A program made the position numbers and the translations under genes. A stretch of DNA of 64,000 nt from an uncultured delta proteobacterium (lineage in GTDB: Bacteria > Myxococcota_A > Polyangia > Polyangiales > Polyangiaceae). Each line of letters starts with the position of its first letter. The first letter of the stretch is position 1. The notes under the pieces are model-generated. The model ran no database searches and was not told the origin of the DNA. It saw only the letters and a list, made by a program, of their open reading frames with translations. The stretch spans positions 1,376,001 to 1,440,000 of the forward strand of contig CAWJCS010000005.1 in NCBI GenBank assembly GCA_963841435.1, written 5' to 3'. Positions 7,670 through 17,259 of the stretch are shown here, in pieces.

Positions 7670-10114
7670 GTGAGTCAGAGTGACGCACCCCGGACCACGC
7701 TGGGCGGGCAGCTTGCCTCGACGCCACCCGCCCAAGTGCTGAAGGTCCTCGAGGGCAAAAAGTCAACGGCGCGGGTGTCTTTCGACACCGAGATTGGGCA
7801 CGGTGAGGTCAACCTCGTCGAGGGCAAGATCGTCGACGCGATGCTCGGAGACCTGTTCGGACGCCAGGCGCTGCTGTCGCTGCTCGGCGCGGCCGAGGGT
7901 CATTTCAGCGTCGCTGATCTCGCCAAGGCCGAGCCGCGCCCACCGCTGTGTCCGAGCATCGACCTGCTCTTGTCCGAGCGCGCGAAGCGCATCGCGGATT
8001 GGCGCCGCCTATCCGAGCAGATGCCACCGCTTTCGTCCTCGCTGAAGCTCTCGCCCGAGGGTGTGGAAACGCTCCCCAAAAAGGACCTCAAGCCGGAAGA
8101 GAAGCGCCTCGTGCCTCTGCTCGACGGTCGCCGCAGCATCGCCGACCTCGTCAACGACAGCGAGCTCGACGCCGTCGACGCTTTCGGCATCCTCGTAGGC
8201 TGGCTACGGTCCGGCCTGATCCTAGAGCTTCCGGGGCCCGAGCACCGTCAACCCGAGCCGTTCCAGCCCGCGCGTCCGACGCCGCGCCCCCACCCGGCGG
8301 GCGCTGGGGCCATGTCGCAGCCCCCGTCGGCGGCCGCGCCCGTGCCCGCTGCCAAGCCCGCCGCCGGTGCGGGGCCCGCCCCCGGTGCCGCACCGACGGT
8401 ACCGATGGCCGAGCCCGTAGAGCCGATTTCCTCACGCCGGGGTCGCGGCGGCCGGCGCACCACCGTGATCGGTATGGGCATTCCCGCGCCGGAGCCCGTC
8501 CAGCCACGGCGCGCGGAGGTGCATCGCACCATCTCCGTCGGGTCCCCGAGCGCACCGCCACCCGTCGAGCCGGGGCGCATCCGCACCATCTCCGCCATGC
8601 CCGCGCCCCCTGTAGCGAGCGCCTACTCGCCAGCGGGCCCCAGGTTGTCGCCGGCGGCCGCCGCCGCCGCGGAGCGCAGCGCCGTCGAGCGAGCGCGCGC
8701 CGGCGGAAGGCGCGCCATCGGCCGCTACGAAATCCTCGCGCGCATCGGCCACGGAGGAATGGGGTCCGTCTACCTCTGCCGCATGACGTCGGAAACGGGC
8801 TTCCGGCGCCTGTTCGCGCTCAAGCTGCTCCGCCAGCACCTGCTCGACGATCCGACGGCGGCGACTCGTTTCCTCGAAGAGGCGAGGCTCGCCGGGCTCT
8901 TGCACCACCCGAACGTCGTGAGCGTCCTCGACGCGGGCATCGACGGCGCGCAGCCGTTTCTCGTGATGGACTACGTCGAGGGTGCGAGCCTCAAGCAGCT
9001 CTTGTACGCCCATCCCATCGCCCGGCCCGCGGAGCTCATCGTTCCGATCGTCCTCGATGCGCTCGCCGGCCTGCATGCAGCGCACAACTTGGTCGACGAC
9101 GATGGCGCTCCCCTGAACCTCGTGCACTGCAACGTCTCCCCGGAGAACCTGCTCGTGGGCGTCAACGGCGTGTGCCGGCTCGTCGACTTCGGCGTCGCAC
9201 GCCGCGAATCGACCGGGGGCGACCGCATCGCGCACGGCAAGCCTGCCTACCTGGCGCCGGAGCAGGTGCTGCGCCGTGGCGTCGATCGGCGCGTCAACAT
9301 CTTTGGCATGGGCATCGTCCTCTACAATACGCTCACCGGCACCAGGCTGTTCGACGCCGCGAACGTCGACGAAACCATGAACAACGTCGTCCATCAGCCG
9401 ATCCCTCCGCCGAGCACGATCGGGCTCGGCCCGCCGCCGTGCTTCGACTTCATCTGCATGAAGGCGCTCGAGCGTGACCCGGGACGCCGCTACACGTCCG
9501 CAGAAGACATGGCGAGCGAGCTTCGGCGCGTGGCGCTACGCGAAAATCTCGTCGCGCCGCCGAACGCCATTGCGGCGTGGGTGCGGACTTGCGTCGGTCG
9601 CGAGCTCGACCAGCGGCGCCTGTCCATTCTCGACGCTTCGCGAAACCGCGGAGCGCCGGACGCAGGGCCCGCCCCACGCGCCTCCGTTCCACCGCTGGCG
9701 GACGGATCGACCGTCGTCTTGCGCTCCATCCAGCCACCCCAAGTCGGCGTGCCGAGCGAGCTCCCGTCCGAGCCTCCTCCCGATGGTGAAACGACGGGCA
9801 CCATGCCCCTCGACTTGGGCGCGCGCGCCCGACGCTGGGCGTTAATCGCCGCCGCCGCCATCGCGGCAAGCGCAGTGCTCATCACGCTGCTCTGGCCCGG
9901 GCGGGTCTCGCGGTTCTTCCGGCTCAACACGAGTAGCGTGCGCTCGGACGGCATCGACATCTCGATTGACAGCGCCGCCGTCGACACGGGCAGCGAAGCC
10001 CCTTCACCGAGCGCGAGCGCGCTTCTACCGAGCGGCGACACGCCTCCCGAGCCAGCGCCGAGCGCCGGCTCGGCCACGTCGCAAGGCTCCGACACTTCGG
10101 AGGGCTCCGAGTAA
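7670..10114 (+). CDS. Hanks-type Ser/Thr protein kinase: N-terminal DUF4388/PATAN-like domain, Pro-rich linker, kinase domain, C-terminal TM helix
   Basis: IGHGGMGSVY, FALKLL, RFLEEAR, HCNVSPEN (catalytic loop; the N is probably an error for D), DFG, GKPAYLAPEQ; TM segment WALIAAAAIAASAVLITLLW. Confidence 0.92.
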   Translation: MSQSDAPRTTLGGQLASTPPAQVLKVLEGKKSTARVSFDTEIGHGEVNLVEGKIVDAMLGDLFGRQALLSLLGAAEGHFSVADLAKAEPRPPLCPSIDLLLSERAKRIADWRRLSEQMPPLSSSLKLSPEGVETLPKKDLKPEEKRLVPLLDGRRSIADLVNDSELDAVDAFGILVGWLRSGLILELPGPEHRQPEPFQPARPTPRPHPAGAGAMSQPPSAAAPVPAAKPAAGAGPAPGAAPTVPMAEPVEPISSRRGRGGRRTTVIGMGIPAPEPVQPRRAEVHRTISVGSPSAPPPVEPGRIRTISAMPAPPVASAYSPAGPRLSPAAAAAAERSAVERARAGGRRAIGRYEILARIGHGGMGSVYLCRMTSETGFRRLFALKLLRQHLLDDPTAATRFLEEARLAGLLHHPNVVSVLDAGIDGAQPFLVMDYVEGASLKQLLYAHPIARPAELIVPIVLDALAGLHAAHNLVDDDGAPLNLVHCNVSPENLLVGVNGVCRLVDFGVARRESTGGDRIAHGKPAYLAPEQVLRRGVDRRVNIFGMGIVLYNTLTGTRLFDAANVDETMNNVVHQPIPPPSTIGLGPPPCFDFICMKALERDPGRRYTSAEDMASELRRVALRENLVAPPNAIAAWVRTCVGRELDQRRLSILDASRNRGAPDAGPAPRASVPPLADGSTVVLRSIQPPQVGVPSELPSEPPPDGETTGTMPLDLGARARRWALIAAAAIAASAVLITLLWPGRVSRFFRLNTSSVRSDGIDISIDSAAVDTGSEAPSPSASALLPSGDTPPEPAPSAGSATSQGSDTSEGSE

Positions 10115-10431
10115 GGAGGCCTCCCCAATAGGAGCCGGCAAGGGGGATGACCGCCCACGAAGAGCGGTCGCCGGCACCGCGGGGCCCGAGCGCCGGCAGG
10201 CGGGCCAGGGCCCAGGCGGATAGTAAAATTTTTGCCGGTGAGACCTCACGAACCCACCTGACTGACCGGCTTCCTGAAGGTGGGGATAGTGCTGATAGAC
10301 GGTGGGATAGCCCTCCGCCCGAGCTACCCCGAATACATCGAGCAAGCGAGAGGCGTCCGAAATGCCTGCGTTTTTTGCTCCCCGCGCTCTACTGGCACAG
10401 ACCCTCGCGATCAAACCAAGACCGGGTGAAC

Positions 10432-10505
10432 AAAAGGGGAAGAAGAAGAAGAAGAAGAAGAAGAAGAAGAAAGGGGAAGGGGGAAGGGGGAAGGGAGAGA
10501 AGGAA
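10432..10505 (+). repeat. Polypurine tract: (GAA)11 followed by four G-runs
   Basis: GAA x11 at 10439-10471; GGGGAAGGGGGAAGGGGGAAGGG at 10473-10495; no pyrimidine from 10432 to 10505. Confidence 0.9.
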
Positions 10506-10670
10506 CAGAGCACCCCCGCGAAGGGCAAATGAAGGGGCACATGCAGGGCATGCAGAATGACCACCAGCCAAAATGAGAAAATGTGTTGAAAGGTGCGAAA
10601 AAAAATGGGACCCTCAAAAGTAATTTCTGTCGTCCCGTGAAAGCACCGCGGGAATAACAAGGGAACTGTG

Positions 10671-10898
10671 ATGGCTCGAAAGCTCTTGGTCGTTTCGATG
10701 CTGGCCGCCGGAATCCTCATGGCGCCTCACGCAGACGCGTTCGGCATGTTCAAGAAGGCGAAGCGGTACACGCCGGTTCCGCCCGGCGGCAACGCCGTGC
10801 CGGAGCTCAGTGTCGGTCCGTCCGCGGGCCCTGCCCTCGCGCTGCTCGCCGGCGGGCTGCTCGTCGTCGCCGGCCGTCGCCGGCGCAGAGCCTCCTGA
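10671..10898 (+). CDS. Small exosortase substrate with a VPEID/PEP-CTERM-like sorting signal (VPELS variant)
   Basis: Signal peptide ending A-D-A, short core, then VPELS, hydrophobic helix ALALLAGGLLVVAG and RRRRR; lies directly upstream of the exosortase. Confidence 0.88.
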   Translation: MARKLLVVSMLAAGILMAPHADAFGMFKKAKRYTPVPPGGNAVPELSVGPSAGPALALLAGGLLVVAGRRRRRAS

Positions 10899-10976
10899 GC
10901 TACCGATCGTGCTCGCCTCAAGGGTGAGCGCGGGGCTTCGGGGACGAGGTGGCTGGCGGGCGGCGCTCGTTGGTGA

Positions 10977-12554
10977 ATGACCGCCATTTCAGATCGAACG
11001 TCGCGGGGACGGGTGTCCTCGCTTGCGACGTGGGGCGTCGCAGGCGCGCTGTTGGTGGCGGAGTATCTGCTGATCTCCTTCCGGTTCGATGCCGCGACGG
11101 TGGTGCAGCGGGGCGGACTGTGGACGTTCGTGGGCTCGGTCGGCACGGTCGCCCCGCTCGCGGTCGTCGCGGCCACGGCGGTGCTCGTGCTCGGGGGCGC
11201 CCGCCCGGCTCCGGGTAGCGCCGCCACGGCCCCGCGCCGCAAGCTGCGCTACGGCCTACTCGCGGTCCACGCCGTTCTCTACGGCGCGTTCGTCGCCATC
11301 ACGAGCCTGGTTTTCGGCGCAGACGCGGCTCCCCCGGGCCCGCCGGCGCTTTGGCTCGGCGTGTGGGCGAGCGCGGGTGGCTCCTCGGCTATCGCGCTGC
11401 TGCTCGGCATCGTCGGCCCGGGTAAGCTGCGCTCGGTCGCATCAACGTCGCTGGTCGTCGCTCTCGGTGTCGGCTTCGCTGCGTGGCTCGCCGGCATGGC
11501 GACGACCGCTCTCTGGCAACCGCTCACGCACGCGACGCTCATGCTCGTCGTGGCGCTGCTCCGACCGTGGTTTCCGGAGGTGACGGTGGTTCCCGACGAC
11601 GCCGTGGTCGCGCTCCGCGACTTCACGGTCATCATCGAGCCCGCTTGCAGTGGACTCGAAGGAATCGGTCTCGTGCTCGTGTTGATGCTGGGGCTTCTCG
11701 TGGCGTTTCGTGCCGAGCTCCGCTTTCCGCACGCCCTGCTCTTGCCGCCGCTCGGCGTCCTCGGCGTGTGGCTCGCGAATGGCGCCCGGCTAGCGCTCCT
11801 GATCGCAATTGGAGCCTACTGGGACCCGCACGTCGCGCTCGGCGGCTTCCACTCCAAAGCCGGCTGGGTGTTCTTTTGCGCGATTGCGCTCGGCCTCGCG
11901 GTGCTCGCGCGCCGCTCGAAATACTTCGCGCGACGGCCGGAGGCCGTCGACGCGCCGACAGAGAATCCCACCGCGGCCTACCTGATGCCCGTGCTCGTCG
12001 TCATCGCCACGGGCCTCGTGACGGGCATGCTGACGAGCGGCGTCGACGAGCTCTACGGTCTCCGACTGCTCACGGCCGCCACCGCCCTTTTCGCCTATCG
12101 ACGCTACTATGCGGAGCTCGAGCGGCGCATCCACCCAGCGTCGCTCGCGGTCGGAGCCGCCGTCGGCGCGCTCTGGATCGTCACCGCGGTCCCGCCGGCA
12201 GTCGAGCCCGAGCCGGTCGGGTCGCTGTGGCTCGCCGCGCGGATCGCGGGGGCGGTATTGCTCGCTCCGGTGTGCGAAGAGCTCGCCTTTCGCGGCTACG
12301 CGTTGCGGCGCCTCGTCGCTTTGGATTTTTCGAGTGTTTCGTTTCGTGCCTGGTCGCCGCTGGCGGTCCTTGGCTCGTCGCTCGCCTTCGCGGCGCTGCA
12401 CGAGCGCTGGATGGCGGCCTTCCTGACCGGCATCGTCTACGCCGCCGTGCAGATCCGCTCCGGTCGCTTGCTGGACGCCATCGCGGCGCACGCGAGCTCG
12501 AACGCCGTCATCTGCGCTTGGGTCCTTTTTACTGGCGAGCGCTTTCACCTCTAG
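10977..12554 (+). CDS. Exosortase fused to a CAAX/CPBP intramembrane protease (exosortase E/protease type)
   Basis: Exosortase Cys/Arg/His in PACSGLEG, ANGARL and GGFHSKAGW; CPBP motifs PVCEELAFRG, FAALH and AHASSN. Confidence 0.9.
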   Translation: MTAISDRTSRGRVSSLATWGVAGALLVAEYLLISFRFDAATVVQRGGLWTFVGSVGTVAPLAVVAATAVLVLGGARPAPGSAATAPRRKLRYGLLAVHAVLYGAFVAITSLVFGADAAPPGPPALWLGVWASAGGSSAIALLLGIVGPGKLRSVASTSLVVALGVGFAAWLAGMATTALWQPLTHATLMLVVALLRPWFPEVTVVPDDAVVALRDFTVIIEPACSGLEGIGLVLVLMLGLLVAFRAELRFPHALLLPPLGVLGVWLANGARLALLIAIGAYWDPHVALGGFHSKAGWVFFCAIALGLAVLARRSKYFARRPEAVDAPTENPTAAYLMPVLVVIATGLVTGMLTSGVDELYGLRLLTAATALFAYRRYYAELERRIHPASLAVGAAVGALWIVTAVPPAVEPEPVGSLWLAARIAGAVLLAPVCEELAFRGYALRRLVALDFSSVSFRAWSPLAVLGSSLAFAALHERWMAAFLTGIVYAAVQIRSGRLLDAIAAHASSNAVICAWVLFTGERFHL

Positions 12555-12724
12555 CGAACGCGCGACGCGAGTCTCGCGTCAGCTCCGCACGCCAGAGAAA
12601 AATCCCTAGGCGTTTTGGGTACTCGGTGCTCCCGCCGCACGTGACAAGCGCCTGGCGCTTGTGCTCTGCTGAGGCGGAAGGTACCCGGGATGGCGGGCAC
12701 CCCTCGGGGATCAAAGGATCTATC

Positions 12725-13699
12725 GTGTTCTCGAAGAACGCTCTCCGCATCGACGCTCTCGCCGCCACGACCGCCATCGCAGAGACCGTTCGACGCCAGG
12801 TGATGGAAACGCTCCGCCGCCGGGGCGTCGTCGTCGGGCTCTCCGGTGGGATCGACAGCTCAGTGGTGGCAGCCCTGTGCGTGAAGGCCCTGGGGCGCGA
12901 GCGCGTGCTCGGCCTCTTCATGCCCGAGCGCGACAGCTCCGACGACGCGCTCAGTCTGGGGCGCCTGCTCGCCGAGTCCCTCGGCATCGAAACCGTGCTC
13001 GAGAACATCGGCCCCGGCCTCGCGGCCCTCGGCTGCTACGAGCGTCAGCTCGAGGCGATTCGCAGAGTGGTGCCGGAGTATGGCGACGGTTGGAAGTGCA
13101 AGCTCACGCTACCGACGGCCGCGGAAAAATCGCGATTCAGCGTCTTCCAGCTGGTCGTCGAAAGCCCGAGCGGCGAAACGCGCTCTTCGCGCATGCCGCA
13201 CGACGCATACCTCAAGCTCGTGGCGGCCACGAACTACAAGCAACGCGTGCGCAAGCTCACCGAGTACTATCACGCCGACCGCCTCGCCTACGCAGTCGCG
13301 GGCACGCCCAATCGCCTGGAGTACGATCAAGGCTTCTTCGTGAAGCAGGGTGACGGCGCGGCCGACGTGAAGCCCATCGCGCATCTTTACAAGACACAGG
13401 TCTACGCGCTCGCGGAGCATCTCGGCGTCCCCGAGGAGATCCGTCGCCGACCGCCGACCACGGACACGTTCTCCATGCCTCAGACGCAGGAGGAATTTTA
13501 CTTCTCGCTGCCCTACGACCAGATGGATCTCTGCCTCTACGCGTTGAACGAGGGGGTCCCTGCAGCCGAGGTTGCGCAGGCCATCGGGCTTGGCACGGCG
13601 CAGGTGGAGCGCGTGTTCGAGGACATCGAGCGCAAGCGCACCGCCACCCGCTACCTTCACGCGCGGCCACTCCTCGTGGAGCCCGTGTTCGAGAGCTGA
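12725..13699 (+). CDS. NH3-dependent NAD synthetase-like ATP pyrophosphatase (NadE-like, probably a pathway paralog)
   Basis: GTG after AAAGGA; GLSGGIDSS, GTPNRLEYDQGFFVKQGDG, KPIAHLYKTQVY. Confidence 0.85.
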   Translation: MFSKNALRIDALAATTAIAETVRRQVMETLRRRGVVVGLSGGIDSSVVAALCVKALGRERVLGLFMPERDSSDDALSLGRLLAESLGIETVLENIGPGLAALGCYERQLEAIRRVVPEYGDGWKCKLTLPTAAEKSRFSVFQLVVESPSGETRSSRMPHDAYLKLVAATNYKQRVRKLTEYYHADRLAYAVAGTPNRLEYDQGFFVKQGDGAADVKPIAHLYKTQVYALAEHLGVPEEIRRRPPTTDTFSMPQTQEEFYFSLPYDQMDLCLYALNEGVPAAEVAQAIGLGTAQVERVFEDIERKRTATRYLHARPLLVEPVFES

Positions 13700-13703
13700 C
13701 ACG

Positions 13704-15695
13704 ATGTGCGGCATAGCGGGCATTCTCGCGCGGGGCGGCCCGCCGCCGACCCGCGAGGCGCTCGGCAGGATGGCGCAGGCCATCACGCATCGAGGCCCCG
13801 ACGAGCTCGGGATGTACCGCGACGCCGAGATCGGGCTCGCTCACACGCGCCTGTCGATCATCGATCTCACGTCGGGGCAGCAACCGATGACGAACGAGGA
13901 TCACACCCTGTGGGTGGTCTTCAACGGCGAGATCTTCAACTACGTCGAGCTCAGGGCCGAGCTCGTGGAGCTCGGTCACACCTTCCGCACGCACAGTGAC
14001 ACGGAGGTCATCCTCCACGCCTTCGAAGCCTGGGGCGACGGCGCCTTTTCGCGCTTCAACGGGCAATTCGCAATCGCGCTCTGGAGCAGCACGACACGCA
14101 CGCTCACGCTCGCGCGCGACCGCGTCGGCGTGCGTCCGCTCTTCGTTTTGGAGCACGCCGGCCGCATCGTGTTCGCGAGCGAGGTGAAGGCCATCTTCGC
14201 GTCCGATCCGGAAATCCCTCGCGAGCTCGACCCCGTGGGCATCGACGAGACCTTCACGTTCTGGTCGGTGGTGGCGCCGCAATCCGTGTTCCGCGGTGTG
14301 ACGGAGCTGCCCCCGGGGCACCTTCGCAGCTACGCCGCATCGGGCGTCAGCGAGCGAGAGTACTACCGTCCGCGCTACCCGCGCCACGGCTCGGGCGCGT
14401 TCGCGGGCACGCTCGAGGACGCCGTGAGCGAGGTGCGCGCCGCACTCGAACGGGCGACGCGACTTCGCATGTTGCGCGCCGACGTGCCCGTGGGCTGTTA
14501 CCTGTCGGGCGGCCTCGACAGCTCGCTCGTGGCGGCGCTCGGGTTGCGCGCCAAGCCCGACGGGTTCAACACCTTTTCCCTCCGCTTCGAGGACCAAGAG
14601 TTCGACGAGACGCGCTTTCAGCGGCAAGTGAGCGAGGCGCTCGGCACTCAGCACCACGAGGTCGTGGTTTCGCAGAGGGACATCGCGAACGTGTTCCCCG
14701 CCGTCGTGGCTCATGCCGAGCGGCCGATCCTTCGCACCGGCCCCGCGCCGATGTTCCTCCTGTCGCAGCTGGTCCACGACAACGGTATCAAGGTCGTGCT
14801 CACGGGCGAAGGAGCCGACGAGATGTTCGCCGGCTACGACTTGTTTCGCGAGGCCAAGGTGCGCCGCTTCTGGGCTCGCCATCCCGAGAGCCAGCTCAGG
14901 CCTCGCCTGATCGAGCGGCTGTATCCGTACCTTTCGCGCTCGCCGGCGGCACAGAAGGCCATGGCGCGCGGCTTTTTCGGCCGAAACCTCGCGGCGCACG
15001 CCACCCCGGGCTTCTCGCACGATCCGCGCTGGCACTCGGCTTCGGCGCTCAAACGCCTGTTCTCGGCCGATCAGCGGGAGCGTGCGCGCGGCGTCAACGT
15101 GACGGCGCGCCTGCTCGCCGATCTGCCGGAGGACTACGCCGACTGGTCGTTGCTCGCGCGCGACCAGTACCTCGAAGTGCGGACGCTGCTACCGGGGTAC
15201 ATCCTGTCGTCCCAAGGCGATCGCATGCTGATGGCACATTCGATCGAGGGGCGGTTTCCCTTCCTCGACGCCGACGTGATGGAGCTCGCGAATGGCCTTC
15301 CGCCCGCGATGAAGCTCAAGGTGCTGGACGAAAAGCACGTGCTCAAGCGCGCCGGTGCCGACCTCTTGCCAGCCGAGGTTCTCGAGCGCAAAAAGCAACC
15401 ATACCGCGCGCCCGACGCAGCCTGCTTCACGCGCGCGGGCGCCCCCGAGTGGGTCGCGGAGACCCTGCGCCCCGAGCGTCTGCGAAAGGCGGGCGTGTTC
15501 GAGCCGGCCACTGTCGCGAGGCTCTACGAGAAATGTCGTGCGGCGGGCAACGCGCCCTTATCCAACGCCGACAACATGGCCCTGGTCGGCGTGCTGTCAA
15601 CCCAGCTGCTCTTCGACCTCACCGAACGCCCGCCTCCTCCGGCCCCCGACGCCGCGTGGAAAACGCTCATCGACCGGATGCAACCACCCGATTAA
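13704..15695 (+). CDS. Asparagine synthetase B-like glutamine amidotransferase
   Basis: MCGIAG, HRGPD, RLSIIDL, FNGEIFN, LSGGLDSS, LTGEGADE, EGRFPFLD. Confidence 0.93.
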   Translation: MCGIAGILARGGPPPTREALGRMAQAITHRGPDELGMYRDAEIGLAHTRLSIIDLTSGQQPMTNEDHTLWVVFNGEIFNYVELRAELVELGHTFRTHSDTEVILHAFEAWGDGAFSRFNGQFAIALWSSTTRTLTLARDRVGVRPLFVLEHAGRIVFASEVKAIFASDPEIPRELDPVGIDETFTFWSVVAPQSVFRGVTELPPGHLRSYAASGVSEREYYRPRYPRHGSGAFAGTLEDAVSEVRAALERATRLRMLRADVPVGCYLSGGLDSSLVAALGLRAKPDGFNTFSLRFEDQEFDETRFQRQVSEALGTQHHEVVVSQRDIANVFPAVVAHAERPILRTGPAPMFLLSQLVHDNGIKVVLTGEGADEMFAGYDLFREAKVRRFWARHPESQLRPRLIERLYPYLSRSPAAQKAMARGFFGRNLAAHATPGFSHDPRWHSASALKRLFSADQRERARGVNVTARLLADLPEDYADWSLLARDQYLEVRTLLPGYILSSQGDRMLMAHSIEGRFPFLDADVMELANGLPPAMKLKVLDEKHVLKRAGADLLPAEVLERKKQPYRAPDAACFTRAGAPEWVAETLRPERLRKAGVFEPATVARLYEKCRAAGNAPLSNADNMALVGVLSTQLLFDLTERPPPPAPDAAWKTLIDRMQPPD

Positions 15696-15708
15696 ACTCG
15701 TCGATCCC

Positions 15709-17259
15709 ATGCAAGCCGTCCCGCTCCTCCACGACTACCTCTCCGACGCCGCCGCGAGTCTCCCGGACAAGGTCGCGCTGGTCTGCCAGGGCCAGCGCCT
15801 GACCTACCAGGTGCTCGATGCCCGCGCGAACGCGCTCGCTCACGCGCTCGTCGCACGCGGCGTAACGCGTGGCGATCGCGTGCTCGTCTTCGCCGATAAC
15901 ACCATCGAGACGGTGATCGCGTTCTGGGCAGCGCTCAAGGCAAGCGCCGTCGCGTCGATCGTCAACCCGCTCACGAAGGAGGAAAAGCTCGCCTACCTCC
16001 TGAACGACTGCCGGGCGTCGGCGCTCGTCAGCGACGCCCACATCGCATCGGTGTTCGTGCCCGCGGCGCGCCGCAGCGAGCACCTAAAAACGGTCATCGT
16101 CTCGGGCTCGGTCAACGCCGCAGCGCTCGCCCCGCTCCCCCTCGCCGTCCACTGGGACGAGGCGATCGCGGGCAAGCCCACCACGGCGCCCGCGCGGCGC
16201 AACATCAACGTCAACCTGGCCGCCATCATCTACACCTCGGGCAGCACGGGGGACCCCAAGGGCGTGATGCTCACGCACCGAAACATGCTCACGGCCGCGA
16301 CGAGCATCTCCGCGTACCTCGAAAACCGCGAGGACGAGGTGATCCTCGGCGCTCTACCGCTGTCGTTCGACTACGGCCTTTACCAGATGATCATGGCCTT
16401 TCGCGCGGGCGCTCGCCTCGTGCTCGAAAGAAGCTTCACCTTCCCGGCAAAAGTACTGAAGCTCGTCGTCAACGAGGGTGTGACGGCATTTCCGGGTGTA
16501 CCGACGATGTTCGCCATCATGGCGAGCATGAAGACACTCAAGGACTTCGACTTCTCGAAGGTGCGCTACGTCACGAATACTGCGGCAGCGCTACCGGTCA
16601 AGCACGTGACGATGCTGCGCGACCTCTTCCCGGGAGCCCGCATCTACTCGATGTACGGCCTCACGGAGTGCAAGCGATGCACGTACCTCCCGCCAGCCGA
16701 CATCGAACGCAAGCCGACCAGCGTCGGTATCGCCATCCCGAACACGGAGCTCTGGCTCGTTGACGAGGACGACCGGAAGCTCGGCCCGAACCAGGTGGGC
16801 CAGCTCGTGATTCGCGGCGCCACGGTGATGAGAGGGTACTGGGAGAAGCCGGAAGCCACGCAAAAGAAGCTCAAGCCGGGGCCGCTGCCGGGCGAACAGG
16901 TGCTCTACACGGGGGATTTTTGTAAGCTCGACGAGGAGGGCTACCTCTATTTCGTCGGACGCATGGACGACATCATCAAGTCGCGCGGTGAAAAGGTGGC
17001 TCCCAAGGAGGTCGAGACCGCGCTCATGAACCTCCCGGGCATCAAGGAAGCCGCTGTCATCGGCGTCCCCGACGAGATTCTGGGGCAGGCGGTGAAGGCG
17101 TTCGTCGTGCTTTACGAGGGCGTCGAGATGTCCGAAAAAGACGTCGTGAGGGAGTGCCAGCGCATGCTCGAGAACTTCATGGTTCCCAAGGTCGTCGAGT
17201 TCCGCGCCGAGCTGCCGAAGACGAACACGGGCAAGATCAAGAAGACGGATCTATCGTGA
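15709..17259 (+). CDS. AMP-forming acyl-CoA/acyl-ACP ligase (ANL superfamily)
   Basis: YTSGSTGDPKGV, LPLSFDYG, MYGLTE, YTGD, GRMDDIIK, LPKTNTGKI. Confidence 0.93.
   Translation: MQAVPLLHDYLSDAAASLPDKVALVCQGQRLTYQVLDARANALAHALVARGVTRGDRVLVFADNTIETVIAFWAALKASAVASIVNPLTKEEKLAYLLNDCRASALVSDAHIASVFVPAARRSEHLKTVIVSGSVNAAALAPLPLAVHWDEAIAGKPTTAPARRNINVNLAAIIYTSGSTGDPKGVMLTHRNMLTAATSISAYLENREDEVILGALPLSFDYGLYQMIMAFRAGARLVLERSFTFPAKVLKLVVNEGVTAFPGVPTMFAIMASMKTLKDFDFSKVRYVTNTAAALPVKHVTMLRDLFPGARIYSMYGLTECKRCTYLPPADIERKPTSVGIAIPNTELWLVDEDDRKLGPNQVGQLVIRGATVMRGYWEKPEATQKKLKPGPLPGEQVLYTGDFCKLDEEGYLYFVGRMDDIIKSRGEKVAPKEVETALMNLPGIKEAAVIGVPDEILGQAVKAFVVLYEGVEMSEKDVVRECQRMLENFMVPKVVEFRAELPKTNTGKIKKTDLS

Noticed and set aside
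9125-9148. Ser/Thr kinase as a catalytically dead pseudokinase (HCN instead of HxD)
   Set aside because: The Asn codon lies in a GACGTC>AACGTC context that recurs across the window, and the other kinase motifs are intact.
10393-10408. Sigma-54 promoter TGGCAC...TCGC upstream of the VPELS gene
   Set aside because: GG-GC spacing is 11 rather than the required 10, and the region is of doubtful quality. Worth rechecking after polishing.
10025-10720. ORFs with poly-Phe, poly-Arg, poly-Leu or poly-Ser
   Set aside because: They are translations of the (GAA)n tract in different frames with no other coding signal.
11483-12724. Long N-terminal extension on the NadE-like ORF (similar extensions on the PPTase, AsnB, ligase, GalE, epimerase and Gfo/Idh ORFs)
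   Set aside because: These are Arg/Ala/Pro-rich off-frame read-throughs overlapping real genes; homology starts at internal start codons.
13257-15035. Long antisense and alternate-frame ORFs (also 7948..9477, 28987..30594, 32803..34293 and many others)
   Set aside because: Shadow ORFs expected in high-GC DNA; they overlap well-supported genes and have no recognisable motifs.
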